Shown here: in pieces, positions 59,434 to 64,000 of the stretch
Numbering within the stretch: the first letter of the stretch is position 1
Layout of the letters: each line of letters starts with the position of its first letter
Assembly: GCA_964016885.1 (NCBI GenBank)
Contig: OZ024762.1
Span: 18,600,001 to 18,664,000, forward strand
Source of the DNA: Eledone cirrhosa
Taxonomy: Eukaryota
Direction of reading: 5' to 3'
DNA: 64,000 nucleotides
Notes under the pieces: generated by a model
The model's database searches: none
What the model was told of the DNA's origin: nothing
What the model saw: the letters and a program-made list of their open reading frames with translations, nothing else
Position numbers and translations under genes: made by a program

Positions 59434-59619
59434 CATATATACTTACATACATATATAAATATGTGCACATATGTATGTTATATATAATATACATATTATA
59501 TAAGTGTTGTACATAATTAATCTAAAAGTGGTTATAATGGTGGAATACCCAGGGGAGAATCTAACTACCTCGTAGTAAATGTTCACACTTTAATCAATGT
59601 TTATAATAATTACATACAA

Positions 59620-59620
59620 A

Positions 59621-59666
<46 letters not shown>

Positions 59667-59669
59667 GTA

Positions 59670-59706
<37 letters not shown>

Positions 59707-59723
59707 GTATATATATATATACG

Positions 59724-59754
<31 letters not shown>

Positions 59755-60127
59755 GTATATATGTATATATATATATACATATGTATATATGTATATATAT
59801 ATATACATATATGTATATATATGTAGATATATATATATTTTTATACATATATGTATATATATATATATATATTTATACAAATATGTATATATATATATAT
59901 ACATATGTATATATGTATATACATATATATATATATATATACATACATATATATGCATGTAGAAACATATATATGTATGTATATACATACATATATATAT
60001 GTATATATATATGTACATACATATATATGTATGTATATATATGTATATATATATATGTACATACATATATATGTATGTATATACATACATATATATATGT
60101 ATGTATATATATATGTATATACATATA

Positions 60128-60166
<39 letters not shown>

Positions 60167-60578
60167 CATACATATATATATGTATGTATATATATATATA
60201 TATACATATATATGTATATACACACATATATGTATGTATATATATATATACATATATATGTATATACACACATATATGTATGTATATATATATATATATG
60301 TATATACACACATATATGTATGTATATACATACATACATATATATTTATAAATACATATAGCTATATGTATGTATGTTTAAATATACACAACCATATATA
60401 TATATATATATGTATATACATATATGTATGTATATAAACATATATGCATGTGTATAAACATATATATCTCTCTATTTATATGCATAGATATATATGTATA
60501 GATATAGATATGTATATATATATACAATTATATATATGTTTGTATATATATATATATATTTCTATATAGTATATATAC
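59620..60578. repeat. (TA)n/(TATG)n/(CATA)n microsatellite
   Basis: Direct inspection. Confidence 0.95.
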
Positions 60579-61348
60579 ATGAGTGCACACAGTTGTTTTA
60601 ATTATTATAGGTCTTTTCGCAAAAAACCTACATATTTGTATTTATTAATTTGCGTTTCCATCGCTTGCATTCTTAAAACAGAAGAAATCGGATATGTTCA
60701 GACCTGATAAGCGACGGGCTAGGTTTATGATGCCCAGGAAGGTACCGTATCCCCCATTACGACTCCAATCTCAGTTCAAGAATCTAGATAGATTAATAAA
60801 GAAGTGAAGGAGTTTCACCGTTTAAAACAACAAGCAAACTGCAGAAATCTCCAGAAAGAAATAAAGTAGACAATCTATTGCAACAATACTATTGAGATAC
60901 AACAGCAACAACAACAACATAGCCAAAGGCAATAGAAACTATAAACTACAATAACAAAATTAAGAGAAATATATATGAGATAAAAATATAAATATCGAAG
61001 GGCATTGCATGGATTAAATATTCAGCGCGGAATTGGATGCAATCAGTTGTTAAAGTTTTCAAAAAGAATAAATAAAGACGAACGCGCTTATCTACCCTCA
61101 TAAATATTAATTAAGAAATGGCGTCCAAGATTTTGGCGGCCTTTTGTGTCTGCACTAAAAAAAAATGGCTGCAAAAAAGAACAGCTTTCGATGCAACGCA
61201 ACAGAGTAGAAAATTATACTCCACTTTGTATACACTTGAAATGATTACACACAGACACACGTATGCATATTTATGTATGTATACATATACACATAAACAC
61301 ACACACACACACACACACACAAACCCACACAAACACACACACAAACAA

Positions 61349-61408
<60 letters not shown>

Positions 61409-61475
61409 CGATGTTTTCTTTCAATTTTTCTTCTTTTGCCTTTCTCCATCCTCCTTTATACTCATTCACGACCTT

Positions 61476-61520
<45 letters not shown>

Positions 61521-62069
61521 CCTATCTATCTACCTATCTGTATATATATTCAAAGAGAGGCGGTTTTCCTCTGTATAGTGGCTATGGTGAAAGATGTTAT
61601 ATGGTGGACGAGATTGAGAGGACTGAGGACAGATGCCTTTCTCTCCGGACAACAATTGATTCCCTTCTTTAAGTATCACTTTAGAAGGATAATCAGAGTG
61701 GAGAGAGCAGCACTGCACCCCAGTAAATTTACTGAAAGGTATGAAGCGAAAATAGCCCGAGTGATTGGGCCTTCTCTGTTTATAAGCCTGTAGGTTGAAG
61801 AAGAGAGCAAAAGGAAGAAAGGAGCACTTGCACAACACCCTCCTGGAGTTGAGGGTTGTTCTATCGACGGGGTATTAAATAACCCATTTGTGGCGCCTTC
61901 CCTCTGTTGGGGATTCCGATTGTTGTAATTGTTTGTTTTATATTTTTTACACGACTATGTAAAATCCCCGGCATGTCTTTGTTTTTTCCCCTTTTCTTGT
62001 GCGCCCTTGTGGCAAATAAAGAAATCTTAACTGTATATATATTCACCATCCCCTCTCTCTCTATCTCAC

Positions 62070-62130
<61 letters not shown>

Positions 62131-62134
<4 letters not shown>

Positions 62135-62166
62135 ACTCCAGTTGCATTTTCGATTTCATCTTTTTT

Positions 62167-62204
<38 letters not shown>

Positions 62205-62410
62205 AAAAAAGATGAAATCGAAAATGCAACTGGAGTCTTTCTTTTTAAAATATATATTCTCACATTTGTGAGAAAAACCACAAACCCTCCATCTCAATTC
62301 TACTTTTGAAAACCAGAAGAACTGCGAAACCGGTAAAGGAACTAAATAAATATATATTTAAAAAAAAAAAGACTCGAGTTGCATTTTCGATTTCAGCTTT
62401 TTTCCTTATA
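62131..62410. repeat. Three alternating-orientation copies of a ~40-60-bp element end around (TA)n
   Basis: aaagactccagttgcattttcgatttca on + (62131), - (62201-62257) and + (62369). GAAAccgGTA hammerhead 3' half at about 62326. Confidence 0.55.
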
Positions 62411-63021
62411 CTTTCACTCGTCTAGTCTAGGAAAAAATACCCCTCACTTTCTAATATATATATATATCTTTCTCAGTTTTAGCTTAGTGAACTCTGCATC
62501 TATTCCCACTTCCCAACCCTTCATTTCAAACGTATTCTTTTCCACTCTCTATCTCTTTCTAACTATCATTCTCTTTGCTATTATTCATTCTATTTACCTT
62601 TGTTATTTTGTCACGTCACCTCTCTATTTGTCTCTCAATGTTGTTTTCTACCCATCCCAATATTTAACTGCCCGTTCACGATTGAACATCGAATTGGAAT
62701 ATGGTTAACCTTTTAATTATCTATTTAACTGTCTAATCTACATTTCTTTATAATGTTGAAATTCTTTCCCTCTCACCTCTCTCGGTACAGTCACTGCTTC
62801 CACTTTCTCACGTGACAGAGAGAGAGAGGAAAACCAACCTACAACAAATTATATGTGTGTGTGAAGCCAAATCACATCTTTATATACATGTGTATGCATA
62901 TATGTAGATATATTTATTTATTTATTTTTACATATAATATACGCACAACTACACACATATATATCCATATATATATATATACATCGGAACATTGGTGATA
63001 ATTTAAATGAATTGCATGTAG

Positions 63022-63075
<54 letters not shown>

Positions 63076-63697
63076 TGTATGTATGTATGTATGTATGTAT
63101 GTATGTATGTATGTATGTATGTATGTATGTGTGCGTGTGTTCGTATATGTAATTAATTATCTATCTATGTATCTAACAATCTCTCTAATTCAATTGTTTA
63201 CAAATATTTTTATCGCTAGTTCGTGACTTACCAGAGATCAAATAACAGAAAAGAAACCAAAATACTAATACGTTTTACATGGAAATTAATACAAAGATTA
63301 CTTTTTAAAGTTTAAATTTTAAAAAATCTACAAAAGAAATCTGTTGTTTACGATGTTTTATTACTCATGCTTGTGTGAAAGATGAGATCTTTGTTCTTGT
63401 GTGGAGTTTAGTTTAAATTTGTTTTGGTTTCTTTGTTGGAATATATGTAAGATAAACAGATTTTCTTTTCCTACTCGTAGACTTGTAGAATCATTTCTTA
63501 TGTAATGTAGGTCCAGTATATGAGAGAGGTGATTCAGTGTATGTGTGAGTGTGGTGTATGTGTGTGAGAGGGAGAGAGAGAGGAGATGGTGATGATGATG
63601 ATGATGAGGGCGAGGAGGAGGAGGAGGAGAGCGAGGGGGGGGGGGTATTGCGATGTTAAAAAATAATTTCATTTCCTACCCGTTGTATAGAGTATAA

Positions 63698-63975
63698 GTG
63701 TTTCTACTTTTAGCACAAGGCCAGCAATTATCGCAGTGTATTACTGGTACTTTATTTTATCGACTCCGTAAGGATGAAAGGCAAAGTTAACCTCGGTGAG
63801 ATTTGAACTCAGATCATAAAGGGCCATAACTCCATGCTGCAAAGCATGGCGTCCGACCCTCTACCGATACTGCCAATCCACCGCCATTAGTATAATATAA
63901 TTGGTTCTACTTTTGGTACAAGGCCAGCAATTTTTTCCCATTGCATTACTGGTACTTTATTTTATCGACCCCGTA
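63698..63975 (-). mobile_element. Full-length S1 SINE plus adjacent truncated copy
   Basis: 63698-63886 full consensus; 63900-63975 tail portion only. Confidence 0.85.
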
Positions 63976-64000
63976 ATACGCATGTAATGTAGGTCAAGTA

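Overview
Very AT-rich, microsatellite-saturated eukaryotic DNA. The repeat content and the one real gene point to a cephalopod (octopus-like) genome, which is an inference. Nearly all ORFs in the supplied track are translations of (TA)n, (CA)n or trinucleotide repeats. The single convincing protein-coding gene is an intronless 381-aa Cys-loop (nAChR-like) channel at 48302-49447 that lacks the acetylcholine-binding residues, resembling cephalopod chemotactile receptors. A decayed paralog sits 2.3 kb downstream (about 51728-52545), split by a piggyBac-type MITE and a TSD-flanked SINE. The rest is mobile DNA: two tRNA-derived SINE families, Helitron-like modules, MITEs, and fragments of CRE-like, R4/Dong-like and Jockey/Ingi-like LINEs. 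Two abutting satellite arrays (79 bp and 95 bp) are present, and the 79-bp unit derives from a retrotransposon endonuclease coding segment. The most striking non-coding signal is more than a dozen type I hammerhead ribozyme motifs, complete or degenerate, from many unrelated families. Most sit next to (TA)n tracts and often form tail-outward inverted repeats, as in Penelope-like or retrozyme-like elements; one ORF-less ~525-bp head-to-tail monomer occurs twice. All alignments and folds were done by eye.
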